A DNA stretch of 62,936 bases, the filler included, from Octopus bimaculoides (taxonomy: Eukaryota): NCBI RefSeq assembly GCF_001194135.2. It is 9 parts of 8 records of this genome, joined end to end, with 100 filler letters (N's around TTAATTAATTAA, not from the genome) between each part and the next. Parts side by side here need not be neighbours in the genome. Positions count along the whole stretch, not along the records: positions 1 to 9,514 come from NC_068993.1; positions 9,615 to 15,678 come from NC_068987.1; 7 more parts are not named here. One strand, 5' to 3'. The notes beneath the pieces are model-generated. The model saw nothing but the letters and a program-made list of their open reading frames with translations. It made no database searches and was not told the origin of the DNA. A program made the translations under genes and the position numbers. Numbering within the stretch: the stretch's first letter is position 1; each line of letters begins with the position of its first letter. This document shows, piece after piece, positions 1-11,700 of this stretch.

Positions 1-51
1 TTGTCATGTTTTTTTTATCTTTTTTTTTTATATATATATTCTTTTCTTTTA

Positions 52-406
52 TTTGTTTCAGTCATTTGACTGCAGCCATGCTGGAGCACCGCCTTTAGAC
101 AAATCGACCCTAGGACATATTCTTTGTAAGCCTAATACTTACTCTATTAGACCCTTTTGCCAAACCGCTAAGTTACGGAGATGTAAACATGCCAACATCG
201 GTTGTCAAGCGATGGTGGGGTACAAACACAGACACACACACATATACGATGGGCTTCTTTCAGTTTCCATCTACCAAATCGCTGCACAAGGCTTTGGTTG
301 ACCCAAGGCTATAGTAGAAGACACTTGCTCAAGGTGCCACACAGTGGGACTGAACCTGGAATCATGTGGTTGGTAAGCAAGCTACTTACCACACAGCCAC
401 TCCTGC
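52..406 (-). mobile_element. tRNA-derived SINE, family A, near full length
   Basis: Minus-strand head GGAGTGGCTGTGTGGTAAG (A box) ... GGTTCAGTCCC (B box); many copies in this window. Confidence 0.9.
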
Positions 407-699
407 GTCTCTATATATATACATATATAATATAGTTTGGGATTTATTCAATCCTAAAAGCTGGTTATTTATTATCAAAGTTAATTGAAAGTGGTAGACA
501 ATGTATGTAATTAGATATATGGTCATGAAAGGGTTAAAAATAGCACAATTAAGGCTGTTTGCCTCCATTGTGTTTAATACAGCTAAAATTAAATTTATTT
601 GTTGCACTATTTCCACATCAACATGTTTAATCAATAGTCCTTTCCCTTTATGAACTTGTATTTCATATCTATTCCTCTACTTAACTTTACATTAAGAGT

Positions 700-1390
700 G
701 AGATGTACAATTTCCTGTAATTCAGACTGTCCCATGGTCCCAGCAGACAAAAGGGAAAGGCATTACCCTGGAGGGTAGCAAGGGAGTTATGCTGCAACAG
801 CTACTTTGACTCACAGAGCTCACACTCGCATATAGCCATCTCCATTCCAAAAGCAGTGAGCAGGGATATGGTCTGGGGACTGAGAACACCAGAGGTCTTC
901 ACTGCCACAGGTTCAACCATAAACCTGTCAGAGGGCAACCGATACTTTGCCAGTTTGCTTTTCTCAGCCTGATGGGCAGCAGAACCTGGGCTGGTAGCTG
1001 AACATATCAAATTTCCATTGGAGAAGGTGTCACAGCATGTGAAATCCCAAATGAAAGGCCTACTGCCACGGAATGGGAAAATTGCCATACCATAAGGTCT
1101 TTTACTGTCCCTTCAGTCTAGATCTGATTGCTTGAGCAGGAAAGGGAAGCCTGTGCTGACTAGGCCATGCTTTATGATCTTGTTATGGGCTGCATGGCAT
1201 GGAAGGTGACTAGCACTATGATGGCATAACAGTGAGTGGAGGCCAAAAAAAATCCACAGTGGATCTGTAGTGGCATTCATGAGGCTCACAGATCTGGAGG
1301 ACATGCCTCGGGGAAATACTGATGTGCACACAGTGGCTATCAAGCCAGTTGTGAATGATGGCACTGTATTGAGCCAGGTCCTGCTGTGAG
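700..1390 (-). mobile_element. CRE-like non-LTR retrotransposon 3' remnant (zinc knuckle plus restriction-like endonuclease)
   Basis: GLHSLLCHHSASHLPCHAAHNKIIKHGL...D*RDSKRPYGMAIFPFRGSRPFIWDFTCCDT...AAHQAEKSKLAKY...PVAVKTSG; contains stops. Confidence 0.7.
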
Positions 1391-1511
1391 ACTCAGCTAA
1401 AAATTAGGCATTGGTTATGTTTCAAATTCCATAACTGATTGATATTTTATAAACTAAAAATATACAATATTAAAACTGATGTCAAGAAATTTGATTCAAC
1501 ATGCACATGAC

Positions 1512-1650
1512 TCATCATTTAATGTCTATGTTCCATGCTGGCATGGGTTGGACTGTTTGACAGGTTCCAACAGGGCTGAAAACTGTACTATACTTGGCAT
1601 GATTTCTATGACTGGATGACCTTCTTAATGCCAACCACTTGAGTGCTTTT
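1512..1650 (-). mobile_element. RTE-type 3' tail fragment
   Basis: Reverse complement resembles the 3' end at 4020-4080 (ccatgctggcatgg, aacccatg). Confidence 0.55.
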
Positions 1651-1774
1651 TCATGGCACCAGCATTAGTGAGGTCGTTATGTAGCCTGCAAGACTTGAAG
1701 ATCCCATTTCAATAAATTGGATTACGACATGGAGTTTAAAGGGAAGGGTCCAGAACAAAAAAAAAAAAAAAAAT

Positions 1775-1962
1775 GAGTAGTACCTGTGTTTCAAAGAGCC
1801 AACCTTGTCACATTCTGTGTCACACCGAATCACTCTGGGAACTATACGACGGGAACACATATTTGTGGAATGCTCAGCCACCTCCACATTAATTTCACGA
1901 TCAGGTTGTTCCATTGATCAGATCAGCTGCAGCCCTCATCATCGTAACTGATGGGGTGCCAG
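1775..1962 (+). mobile_element. SINE family C 3' body, diverged
   Basis: Matches the reverse complement of 14150-14340. Confidence 0.8.
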
Positions 1963-2363
1963 TCTAGTCAACTTGTTTTGTTACTAAGGGCATTAATTTG
2001 CAGCCCTTAGCTAACCCATAACTGTTTTCCAAGTAAAGAATTCTCTTTTATATCACTTGCCTTTGAAAGTGCAAAGCTACAAGGCAATTTGTTAACCTGG
2101 AATGTCTTTTGGTGTTAAGGTACAAAATGAGTATAAGAGAGAATGCTTCTAGTGGATCAGGGGAGAGAAGGAAAGGGTTGGTAATTTCGTAAGATTGTGA
2201 GAAGATAATAACAGATGGTTAGAGATGGGAGTAGAAGTGAACAAAATGAGTAAACAAAGGTGATGGGAAATATCAGTATGGGGGTGGGTGGGAGAGATAA
2301 AACTGGCTCAGAAAGGAGGAGAGATCAGAAAGTAGGATGACAATATACAAATATATATATATT

Positions 2364-2493
2364 GGTTTAAAATTTTGGCACAAGGTAGGCAATTTTAGGG
2401 GAGAGGTAAGTTGATTACATCAACCCCAGTGTTCAACTGGTACTTATTTTATTGACCCCTGAATGGATGAAAAGCAAAGTCAGCTGCCCCGGA
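2364..2493 (-). mobile_element. SINE family B, partial
   Basis: ggcacaagg...ccccagtgttcaactggtactta...; matches 39510-39745. Confidence 0.8.
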
Positions 2494-3171
2494 AGATGGA
2501 TATATATATTTTGAAGTGTAGATATGCTGTTCAAAACATTTCAATTTATGCTCAAGCAATCATTCTGGATTTGACATTCCCACTATCCATTGGATGTCTT
2601 AAAACTTATATTATTCTATTTTATAATTTGAACTAGCTTAAAAGCTGTACACTGGGCAGACGTTTCAGCTGGTTCCTGCAGAGTGCTAATTGGGCGTGTG
2701 ACCCAAGACTAATGAAAACAATAATAAAGCATTTATTGGTCCCCTACCAATAAGGTATTACTTTAAATTCAGTTTAAATGAAGAACTTGTACGTTCACAA
2801 ATTTTTAGAATTCTTTTAAAATTTGAATTTTCAGCTGTTAGCCTCTAACAAATTCTCATCCAGACTTGATCCCAATACTGGATGTTCAAGAATCAAATGA
2901 AGGGCAAATTTTCAATTCCAGGATCATCTTGATTACAAAAAGGTATAATAAAACTATGTAGAGCAAATTTAGACTGAGATACAGGGGTACAAAACAGACA
3001 GACAGATACAATTTTGTGTTTATTATTATAGACAGATATAAGATAGGTTTCAAATATCAACAATATATTCTAGTTTAGATCTGATATAAGTTTTGTACAA
3101 ATGAAGTAAGAATTTTTGTTTTTTATTTCAGAACATTTTGAAAAGTATTGTGATCAGAAAAAAAACAAATC

Positions 3172-4080
3172 AGTTGTGGTGTGCAAGAGAGACGATTGCG
3201 CTGGTATGGACATGTGGTGAGAATGGACGAGGATAGCTGCGTGAAAAAGTGCCACACCCTAACAGTTGAAGGAACCCGTGGAAGAGGTAGGCCCAGGAAG
3301 ACCTGGGCTGAGGTGGTGAGGCAAGACCTTCGAACATTGGGCCTCACCGAGGCGATGACTTCTGACCGAGACCTTTGGAAATGTGCTGTGCGTGAGAAGA
3401 CCCAGCAAGCCAAGTGAGACCTAAATCCAAGGCCTCTGCCAGGGGTGTAGCCAGCCCACTTATGCATACCTTTCCTACATTGGACACTAAACTCCGCTTG
3501 CGAAGATTTGTTGAGGCAAGTGAAATCAAACTAAATTCGACGACTGGCACCCGTGCCAACGTCGTCTCCTTCATTGGACACGAAACTCAGCTTGCGAAGA
3601 CTTATTGGGGCAAGCGAAAGTGAAATCGGGATAGCACCTGTGCCCAGCGTCGCCTTTCTGGCACTTGTGCCCCTGACATGTGTAAGGATTTTCGAGTGAG
3701 ATCGTTGCCAGTGCCCGTGGACTGGCTCTTGTGCGGGTGGCACATAAAATACACCATTTTGAGCGTGGCCGTTGCCAGTACCGCCTGACTGGCCTTCGTG
3801 CAGGTGACACATAAAAGCACCCACTACACTCTCTGAGTGGTTGGCGTTAGGAAGGACATCCAGCTGTAGAAACTCTGCCAAATCNNNNNNNNNNACACAT
3901 AAAAGCACCCACTACACTCTCTGAGTGGTTGGCGTTAGGAAGGACATCCAGCTGTAGAAACTCTGCCAAATCAGATTGGAGCCTGGTGTTGCCATCCGGT
4001 TTCACCAGTCCTCAGTCAAATCGTTCAACCCATGCTAGCATGGAAAGCGGACATTAAACGATGATGATGATGATGATGAT
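3172..4080 (+). mobile_element. 5'-truncated RTE-clade LINE: C-terminus, 3'UTR and (GAT)n tail
   Basis: RRLRWYGHVVRM...RGRGRPRKTWAEVVRQDL...DRDLWK, stop at 3417, (GAT)n tail at about 4061-4080. Confidence 0.85.
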
Positions 4081-4559
4081 TGATGTAACATGACTGGATT
4101 TTTATTGTTCTTTATATCATTAAGTATTTTCATTAAATTTCTTTTAATAATTCTTATTAAAAGCCAAGAACGACACAAAAGAATGAAGGAATTGCTTTTA
4201 AATGAGTATTTTGTCTCATACTTTTAATTTTATTTTAGTAAGTTATATAATAGAAGTTAATAAGTTATCAATGATTCCATGAAGGGGGTCAATGATATAA
4301 GTTTACTAACACCAAACGTAAAGGAATGAAAATCAATCCCAAATAAGCATTTAAACCACAGTTCTTATTTCTGTTAACTGTTATGACATTGGCAATAGAC
4401 CAAAACTGATCCATACATACACCATTACTGTTAAAACTCAACAGAGGTTTAACAAGAGACAAATCAAAAACAAAACCTGGAGGCAATCATCATCACCTGG
4501 TCGAGCTTGTTTGGATATTTTTAACTTGCACACACTATCCATTAGTCAGTCTTGCATTA

Positions 4560-4960
4560 GTTGAGGGAGGTCTTTGGGGAGGCATCCAGTGTCTCTGGTG
4601 AGTTGAGCTACATATGCTGTGCTCAGGCGACCTGCTCAAGTACAGGCATGCTTTGACATCCACTGCAGTAGATCATTTGCCAGCAATGTCCTACAAACCA
4701 ATAACTGAGTAGATTAATCACTTTACAGAATTAATTCCTGACAAACAGTCCAGAGTCTATATTTTTGCATCTCCAAAGTAATCCATCATTTAATGTCCAC
4801 TTTCCTGTGCTTGCATGGGTCAGACGGAATTTGTTGAGGCAGCTTCTCTATGGCTGGATTCCTTTCCTGTCACTAACGTCACTTATTTCCAAGTAAGGTA
4901 ATATGTCCCCCCATGGCCAGACATGTTTTGCATGTCAGACTGGAAATGAACATCATTGTT
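4560..4960 (-). mobile_element. RTE-type remnants
   Basis: GRLSTAYVAQLTRDTGCLPKDLPQLMQD resembles an RTE C-terminus; tail-like catcatttaatgtcc at 4786. Confidence 0.45.
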
Positions 4961-5026
4961 TGTATAATGGAGATACTTGTTTACAACAATCACACAACGT
5001 CAAGAGTACTTGCACACACAATATAT

Positions 5027-5167
5027 ATCGTTGTTGTTTAACATTCGCTTTCCATGCTAGCATGGGTTGGACGATTTGACTGAGGACTGGTGAAACCAGA
5101 TGGCTACACCAGGCTCCAATCTGATTTGGCAGAGTTTCTACAGCTGGATGCCCTTCCTAACGCCAAT
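5027..5167 (-). mobile_element. RTE 3' tail copy
   Basis: Near-identical reverse complement of 3930-4060. Confidence 0.8.
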
Positions 5168-5713
5168 ATATATACATATACACACACACACACACATTAC
5201 ATACATGACAGGCTTCTTTCATTTTCCACAAGGCTTTGATCAACCAGAGCTTTAGTAGTCCTACAGTAAAAGACACGTGCCCAAACTGAATCTACTATCT
5301 ATAAAATCCCTTATATCATTTTATAGCTTATATTCTACCTATCTACTAGAAAGCCAAGTCCTCAATTGAGTTTGAAGTTTACAAGTACAATGAAAAAAAT
5401 GAAAACTCTATGGCTATCAAACTATATCCAACTTTATAAAAGTTAATATTCTTTCCTTCGGAAATCACTAAAACTGATATAAATGGTTGAAGAAATAATA
5501 TAAATAAAAGAATGAGTCATCTACAATGTTTCGAGTCATCTACAATGTTTCAAGTCATCCTACAATTAATTAGTGTATTTATTCATGTATAAGTCACACT
5601 ATTTTATACTTGATTTTAACTGGAAAAAAACTGGAGTGTGACTTATACAGGAGGCAAAACTAAAACTATGAAGGGGAAGAGATTGGGCATATCTACACAA
5701 GTACGCCCCGTCC

Positions 5714-6194
5714 CGACTTTGTTTCCTCATAACTTTCAGAGAAATGGATAGTTTTTAGTGATTTTTTTTACAAATAACTTTCAGGTAGTGTAGATTACCA
5801 TTATATTAGAACACAAATAAAATCGTAGGGGATGCATACATATATCTCAATTTTCGAAATTTCATGTTTATAGATATATGCCATGCCTGTCTGTACGTAT
5901 ATGTGCAAGCCCACCATTTTTTTTTTTTTTTTACATTAAATTCCGATATAATCGTAATCTTCAGCATCTGAAAGGTATTCATAGGAAATTTCATAAAAAG
6001 ATACCTATTTTCCTTATAGTTATAAGGAAACAAGGCACGAAAGTGTGAATTTTCCGAAATTCATCTCCCCACTCTTGGAAAAAATTTTCACAACAAATTC
6101 CGATGTAATCGGAACTACATCATCTGAAGCGGATTTGTAGAAAATTTCATTCAAAAATATCCATTTCTCTGGAAGTTATGAGGAAGCAAAGTCG
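5714..6194. mobile_element. MITE-like element with 37-bp inverted repeats
   Basis: 5714-5750 and 6158-6194 are reverse complements with 2 mismatches. Confidence 0.65.
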
Positions 6195-6486
6195 GTAGAG
6201 GAGGGCACACTTGCTTAGGTATGCCAAAATTCGTACAAAGAGTTAACACTAAATTAGGGGTGCGACATATATACAAATACGATTATTTTGCAAATTATAA
6301 ATGCAACGGTAAAAATTCGTTTTAACAGAGAGGCACACAAGGAAGATAAAAATGCAGTAAATCACACTTTTATATATTTTTTTTTATGATTAACACAAAT
6401 GGGGAAGACAAAAGCTGGAGAAACCTGTTTACTGAATATACAGGTAGAAATAAAAGCTACAAACATTTAGTATATACACACACACA

Positions 6487-6787
6487 CACATATATATATT
6501 TCGTTTTGGGATTTAGTTTGCAAAATTCTTTATGTGAGTTCGTGTGTTGAAGCATATTCTGTTGTGTCCAGGGAGAGTCATTCTCTTTTAGTGCCTTATT
6601 TAAATACACACCGGTAAAATTTCCACTCATTTACTTATCTAGTGGAAATTTTACCGGTGAGTGTGTGTGTTAAATTATAAGGCACTAAAAGAGAATGACT
6701 CTCCCCGGACACAACAGAATATGCTTCAACACACCAACTCACATAAAGAATTTTGCAAACTAAATCCCAAAACGAAATATATATGTG
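6487..6787. repeat. Foldback palindrome of about 300 bp
   Basis: Arms of about 140 bp, near-perfect, around a 13-nt loop at 6628-6640; TA runs at both ends. Confidence 0.95.
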
Positions 6788-8607
6788 TAGATAGATAGAT
6801 AGATAGATATGCTAAGAGATACAAATATTATATCTATATAAAATTCATTAACAGATAAAACAACCAGTCAACTGTATTCTAAATTATATATATATAAAAC
6901 ATCTATTAAATTTGGTGAGAATAATTCATGCTGACAAAAAGTAAGGAAATACTGTTATTGCAAAGTACTTTAAGTGAAAAGCGATAAAACATTGAAATGA
7001 GTACAATGGTTATAAATACACACACACGTGTATCTATCTATCTACCTATATAGATTCATATAGTGTATATGCACACACACAACTATATATACATATATAT
7101 ACATACACACTCCCTACTAACGCGGATAATACGTACTTAAGTGCAACAGGAGCGATCGCTCGTTAACAGAAGTAGGGGAGTCGGACGACATAATTTGTCA
7201 AATTTTCAAAAATAGTATAAAATTTTAGTCAATATCAAAACAATATTATATAAAAAAACAAAACACGAGAACAGCCAACACTACCAACACCAAATATTAT
7301 TACACGGGGGTAGTTCAAGATGTGAGAAATAACAGTATATTCTCTCTCAAATGTGCACTCTACCGTCTCGAAAGGGGGACACATTGGGACGTGTAGTTCA
7401 AGATATACAATGTCCGAAACAAGGATGGGATGGATGGTGGTAACTGGAAGGCCTTTGACCATAAGTCTATTTGATCACGCCTGACCTGTCCAACAACAAC
7501 AATAAAAAGATGTTTGTCAGAATGAGAAAGTAAATTTTTTTACTGCTGTTTCTAGCAAGTGGAGCAACTTAGTGGCAATTTCGTTCACTCGTGGTGGCGG
7601 TGTGATGGTAGTAGTTTAGTCCCAGGTCGTTTCCTGACAGAGCAGGACCTATGTATAACTAATGATATCTTTGTTGTTTAGCTCCAGACCGAATCGAGTA
7701 GACATAGAATCAAAAGCGTTCCATCCGTGATCGTTCAGTTTTTTGGGTTTTTTTATAGCACAGACAGCTTGTTTCTAGGTATCCTTCTTCAATTAAGACA
7801 GTACTAGGTTAAGGAAAATATGACTGTTTTTTCTAGCAGCTCGTGTGACCACGTAGAGGCTTCTTCCTTGATCAGTAAATGTACATTTCTTTTTCCGTAA
7901 GTTTTTCTACCTTGAATCATTCTAACTTTAATGTCAAAACGATAAATTTTTAAAATTTGAGCAGGCTGTTATTATTACGTTTAAGGAGATAAAAAAAAAT
8001 TATATTTATAAACACGCGCACACTCATTTCTTATATAAAGCCTGATATATTGCAAGTGATTTAAAAAAATGATATTACGCGATGTTCATGTCTACAAGAT
8101 GCCTTAGTAAGTGATAATATACTCAAATTATTCACAAGTATGATGTTTTGGCTTTCATTTAATTATTATTTCCCGTAGGTTATTATTATTATTATTTTAG
8201 ACTTACACGGGAGAAGAGAAAATGAGTTTGTGTGATGTTCATGCTTTCTTTCAGAGGACATTGTTAGTAACTTGATATAGTTTGCTTCATTTAACTTTTG
8301 TTTATGAGCGATAATTTGCTCAAATAAGAATAATAGTTTCATTTAAAAGGATCGGCAAAAAGCATGAACTGAAATTACAAAGCAAGCTTTTTTTTTATTA
8401 AATAACATAACGTACAACAACCGACTCTCGTTTGGCGTCTAAGCACATATATATATATAAAGATAGATAGATATAAATATATACCTGTATATACAATAAC
8501 CGTTATAACTTTTAACGTTAAAAACGCAAATATAGAATGTTAGAAATTATTGGAGTATTATTGTAGATGATAAATATAAAATTACCAGTCAATAATAGAT
8601 TACTTAC

Positions 8608-8672
8608 AATTCTATTTTCCCATTTTTTTCCCAATTTTTGCAGGCCTCCACGGTAACTCGGATGGCAGCCAT
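8608..8672 (-). CDS. Candidate first coding exon of an unidentified gene
   Basis: ATG GCT GCC start just downstream of the promoter motifs; MAAIRVTVEACKNWEKNGKIE followed by a GTAAGT donor (phase 2). No compatible exon 2 was found. Confidence 0.4.
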
Positions 8673-8722
8673 TCTACTTGGGAGCAGAAATGGTTTAGAC
8701 ACCGGAAGAGGAAGTGACGTCA
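8670..8722 (-). promoter_or_regulatory. Candidate housekeeping promoter: ETS, overlapping ETS-CRE and YY1-like site
   Basis: CCGGAAG 8702-8708; GGAAGTGACGTCA 8710-8722 (ETS overlapping a perfect CRE TGACGTCA); ATGGCTGCC on the minus strand at 8672; locally GC/CpG-richer than the flanks. Confidence 0.55.
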
Positions 8723-9156
8723 CAGCTTGCCGCTCTATTTCTGACCAACGTGGGACCCATTTTAATTTTTTATTTTGTATGTCTGAGCAATTTGAATTGT
8801 TTGCAATTTCATAATATTGCTCTTATAAATTTGCCGGTCGAGACCAACACGTAAACATCTACATGGTTCTTCAATCTGGTAGAAGTAGCAGCCAAATTTC
8901 CATCAAGTGACACCTACCTTACTGTTTCAAAAGCAATAACGACAGAATACATTGGAATAACTTAGTTATTCTCAGTTGAACAATTCAAGTTTGGGGAATG
9001 ATGATTTCGGAAAGTCTTTGATAATGATCTCATAGTCCTGCTTGATCGGTGCTGATCAATAGCTAAAGAATAAAAAAGAATTCCTGATTACTTTTCAGTT
9101 AATAGGGTTTAATGTTATATATATGTGGGGGTTGGGTATATAGGAAAGTGGGTTAT

Positions 9157-9201
9157 TGCAGCTCAGCGGGCTGCGTGTTCGAATCACGTCGGGTGTCACC
9201 A
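9157..9201 (+). pseudogene. tRNA-Trp-derived 3' half ending in CCA
   Basis: TGCAGCTCAGCGGGCTGCGTGTTCGAATCACGTCGGGTGTCACCA aligns to the metazoan tRNA-Trp 3' half (TCCAGATCAGAAGGCTGCGTGTTCGAATCACGTCGGGGTCA) plus CCA. Confidence 0.7.
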
Positions 9202-9614
9202 GTATAGGAAAGTTGGTTATACATCATTAGATGTATACCTGACTTTCCTATATAAAATTAGAAATATAACGGAACGCTAAACTCCAGACTATCAACTTAA
9301 ACAACATTTATTCAGGTGGTAAATATATACATCTTTAGCTCTTGTTTGTTGTTACAGCTTCTGTGTGTGTGAGCATTGTTGATGTTGGACGTTTGGTATG
9401 TAGATGTAAGCGAGCTGTCGAGCGTAAGTTCGAAAGATGAAGAGAGACAGCTAAACACGTAAAGAGACTGTCTCCAGAGTTGGAATGTTGAAGACACTGC
9501 TTGACACGTCCATGNNNNNNNNNNNNNNNNNNNNNNNNNNNNNNNNNNNNNNNNNNNNTTAATTAATTAANNNNNNNNNNNNNNNNNNNNNNNNNNNNNN
9601 NNNNNNNNNNNNNN

Positions 9615-9889
9615 CCTTGCGCCTTCGACTACCATTTGTTTCGTAGTTTACAGAATCATTTGGGGGACATAACTTTCGCAAGCCAGGAGGAGGTCGAAAC
9701 TGACATTTCAGAGTTCTTCGTTTTGAAGCCAAAAGAATTTTACATTGACGGGATTAAAAAGCTTGTAAATAGATGGAAGTAAGTCATAGATAATCAGGGA
9801 AAGAACATTAATGATTACATTTCAATTAAATATAACATTTGATCATTTATCTTTTTTATTCAAAATTCGGACAGAACTTATGGGATGAC

Positions 9890-9893
<4 letters not shown>
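9615..9893 (+). mobile_element. Mariner 3' end with TIR
   Basis: LAPS(fs)YHLFRSLQNHL...FYIDGIKKLVNRWK*VIDNQG; TIR CGGACAGAACTTATGGGATGACCTGA followed by TA. Confidence 0.85.
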
Positions 9894-9930
<37 letters not shown>

Positions 9931-10084
9931 GCATAAATGGAATCAATTTGTGATTCCCTCTATTGTTACTCAGAGTTTCAGACACATAAGGTATAAGTTT
10001 GTTCAACAAGACATGAAACGATGTCTGCAAGACACAAGTGCGCCGATTATTATTGGTCATGTGGAATCAGGTGGTCGAATATAT

Positions 10085-10300
10085 TGGTTTCAGACTTTGG
10101 CACAAGGCCAGCATGTTCGGGGAGGGGAGTAAGTCTATTATATCGACCCCAGTGCTCAACTGGTACTTATCTTATCGACCCCGAAAGGACGAAAGGGAAA
10201 GTCGACTCCGGCGGAATTTGAACTCAAAATCTAAGGACGGACGAAATGCCGCTGAGTATTTTACCCGGCGTGCTAACGGTTCTGCCAGCTCGCCGTCTTC
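10085..10300 (-). mobile_element. SINE family B, full length
   Basis: Reverse complement of 39510-39745. Confidence 0.9.
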
Positions 10301-11269
10301 AGATGGTTGAATATATTGCGGGTTCAAACTACGAATTTTCCCTGTTTAAATACTATGTAAAAGAAATACTACCTTATCCAAGCCAATAGTCGACGTAGAC
10401 AACTACTCATATTAGAAAAATATTAGCATGTCTAGATATGCAACTATATGCATGAGTATACATGCATAAATAACCATATGAAATCCAAAATTCTGGATCA
10501 TTCAAAAAATCTAGTACAAAACTTTTCAGTGACAGCAAAGCAATTTAATTTCGCACGAAAGTTTCAAAATTTTTTTAAACCCCAAAAGAGAAATTATTGA
10601 TGTCATGCTCTATTTTCATGGTTGTCTTATGAACAAGTTTGAAATATTTGAGCGTTCTGTATTTTTTATGAATGCAACAAGATGCTTGTTCCTGATATTG
10701 ATATAGAAAGGAAATTTTTGAAAATATTTCGTCAGATTCTTAAGTTCACAACTTACAGTGTCTTAATGGTTTCGCTACATAAAATAATTTCCTCTTGATA
10801 TCGGAATAAAAATACCTTATCTTATATTACCATTTTTTGGACGCCAACTGATATTTGTTAAACTTATTTCATTTGAACCAACTTAAGCCCAATAGAAGTT
10901 ACAAAACTACCTATTGGAAAAACCACTGGGGAGAAGCCTGTTGGCCAGATAGTGATAGGGTCAGATATTGGTAGTGAAAGCTCACATTTTCCAGTACGGG
11001 CGTCAAGCTGTTCAAAAAGCAATGAATGTTGTATTCGTTATGCCAAATTGGCAGACATTTTCAAGGACAATACACGTGCCTAAAAGAATGGAGACAATTG
11101 TGACAAATACTATTGATCCATAGCATACTTAAATACTATGCATAAATTGTTCACAGGTTATAAATTATCCATGGTTCTCGAGCATCATTCTGTGTCGCAT
11201 GTCCTCACTCAAACAATACGTATTGACCAGGAAATGGATAAATGAGTACTTCTCTTGTGTACTCAACAG

Positions 11270-11700
11270 CAAAACTAAAACCTTAGAGACAGTTGAAGAT
11301 CTGAATATGTACTTTGTGTGCAGCTGGTCCTTGTAACACAAGTGTAACTAGACTGACATACTTCAATAGGAACTTGAAAAAGCATTTATCCTATCAACCG
11401 AAGGTTATGCATGGGCATAGACGTCAAAACCTTGAAAATACCAACAATACTAACAAGAAGAGCCCCTCCTGGACTTGCGATTGATATACAACAGTTCAGG
11501 AGCAGGATATATCAGCCAAATACCGACCTAAAAAAGATAGAAAATTCTTCCAAACTTCCATGTTGTGACAGAAAATGTCTACTGTGTCAGATAAGACGTC
11601 GAGGATATCACAGCTGTCCAAATATGTCCTTAAAATATTACGTTCCCATGAGACGTGATATTGTTGCCCCTGAAACTGTATTGACTCAGCTTGAGAGGCC
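11270..11700 (+). mobile_element. R4/Dong-like (RLE-type) LINE fragment
   Basis: DRKCLLCQI...SCPNMSLKYYVPMRRDIVA zinc-knuckle region, homologous to 12540-12660. Confidence 0.6.

Noticed and set aside
3811-3972. Exact duplication of about 75 bp across a 10-N gap
   Set aside because: Typical unmerged contig overlap (assembly artefact).
5514-5568. Three 19-bp tandem units, plus similar short duplications at 29444-29480 and 59272-59310
   Set aside because: No spacers (not CRISPR-like); ordinary slippage duplications.
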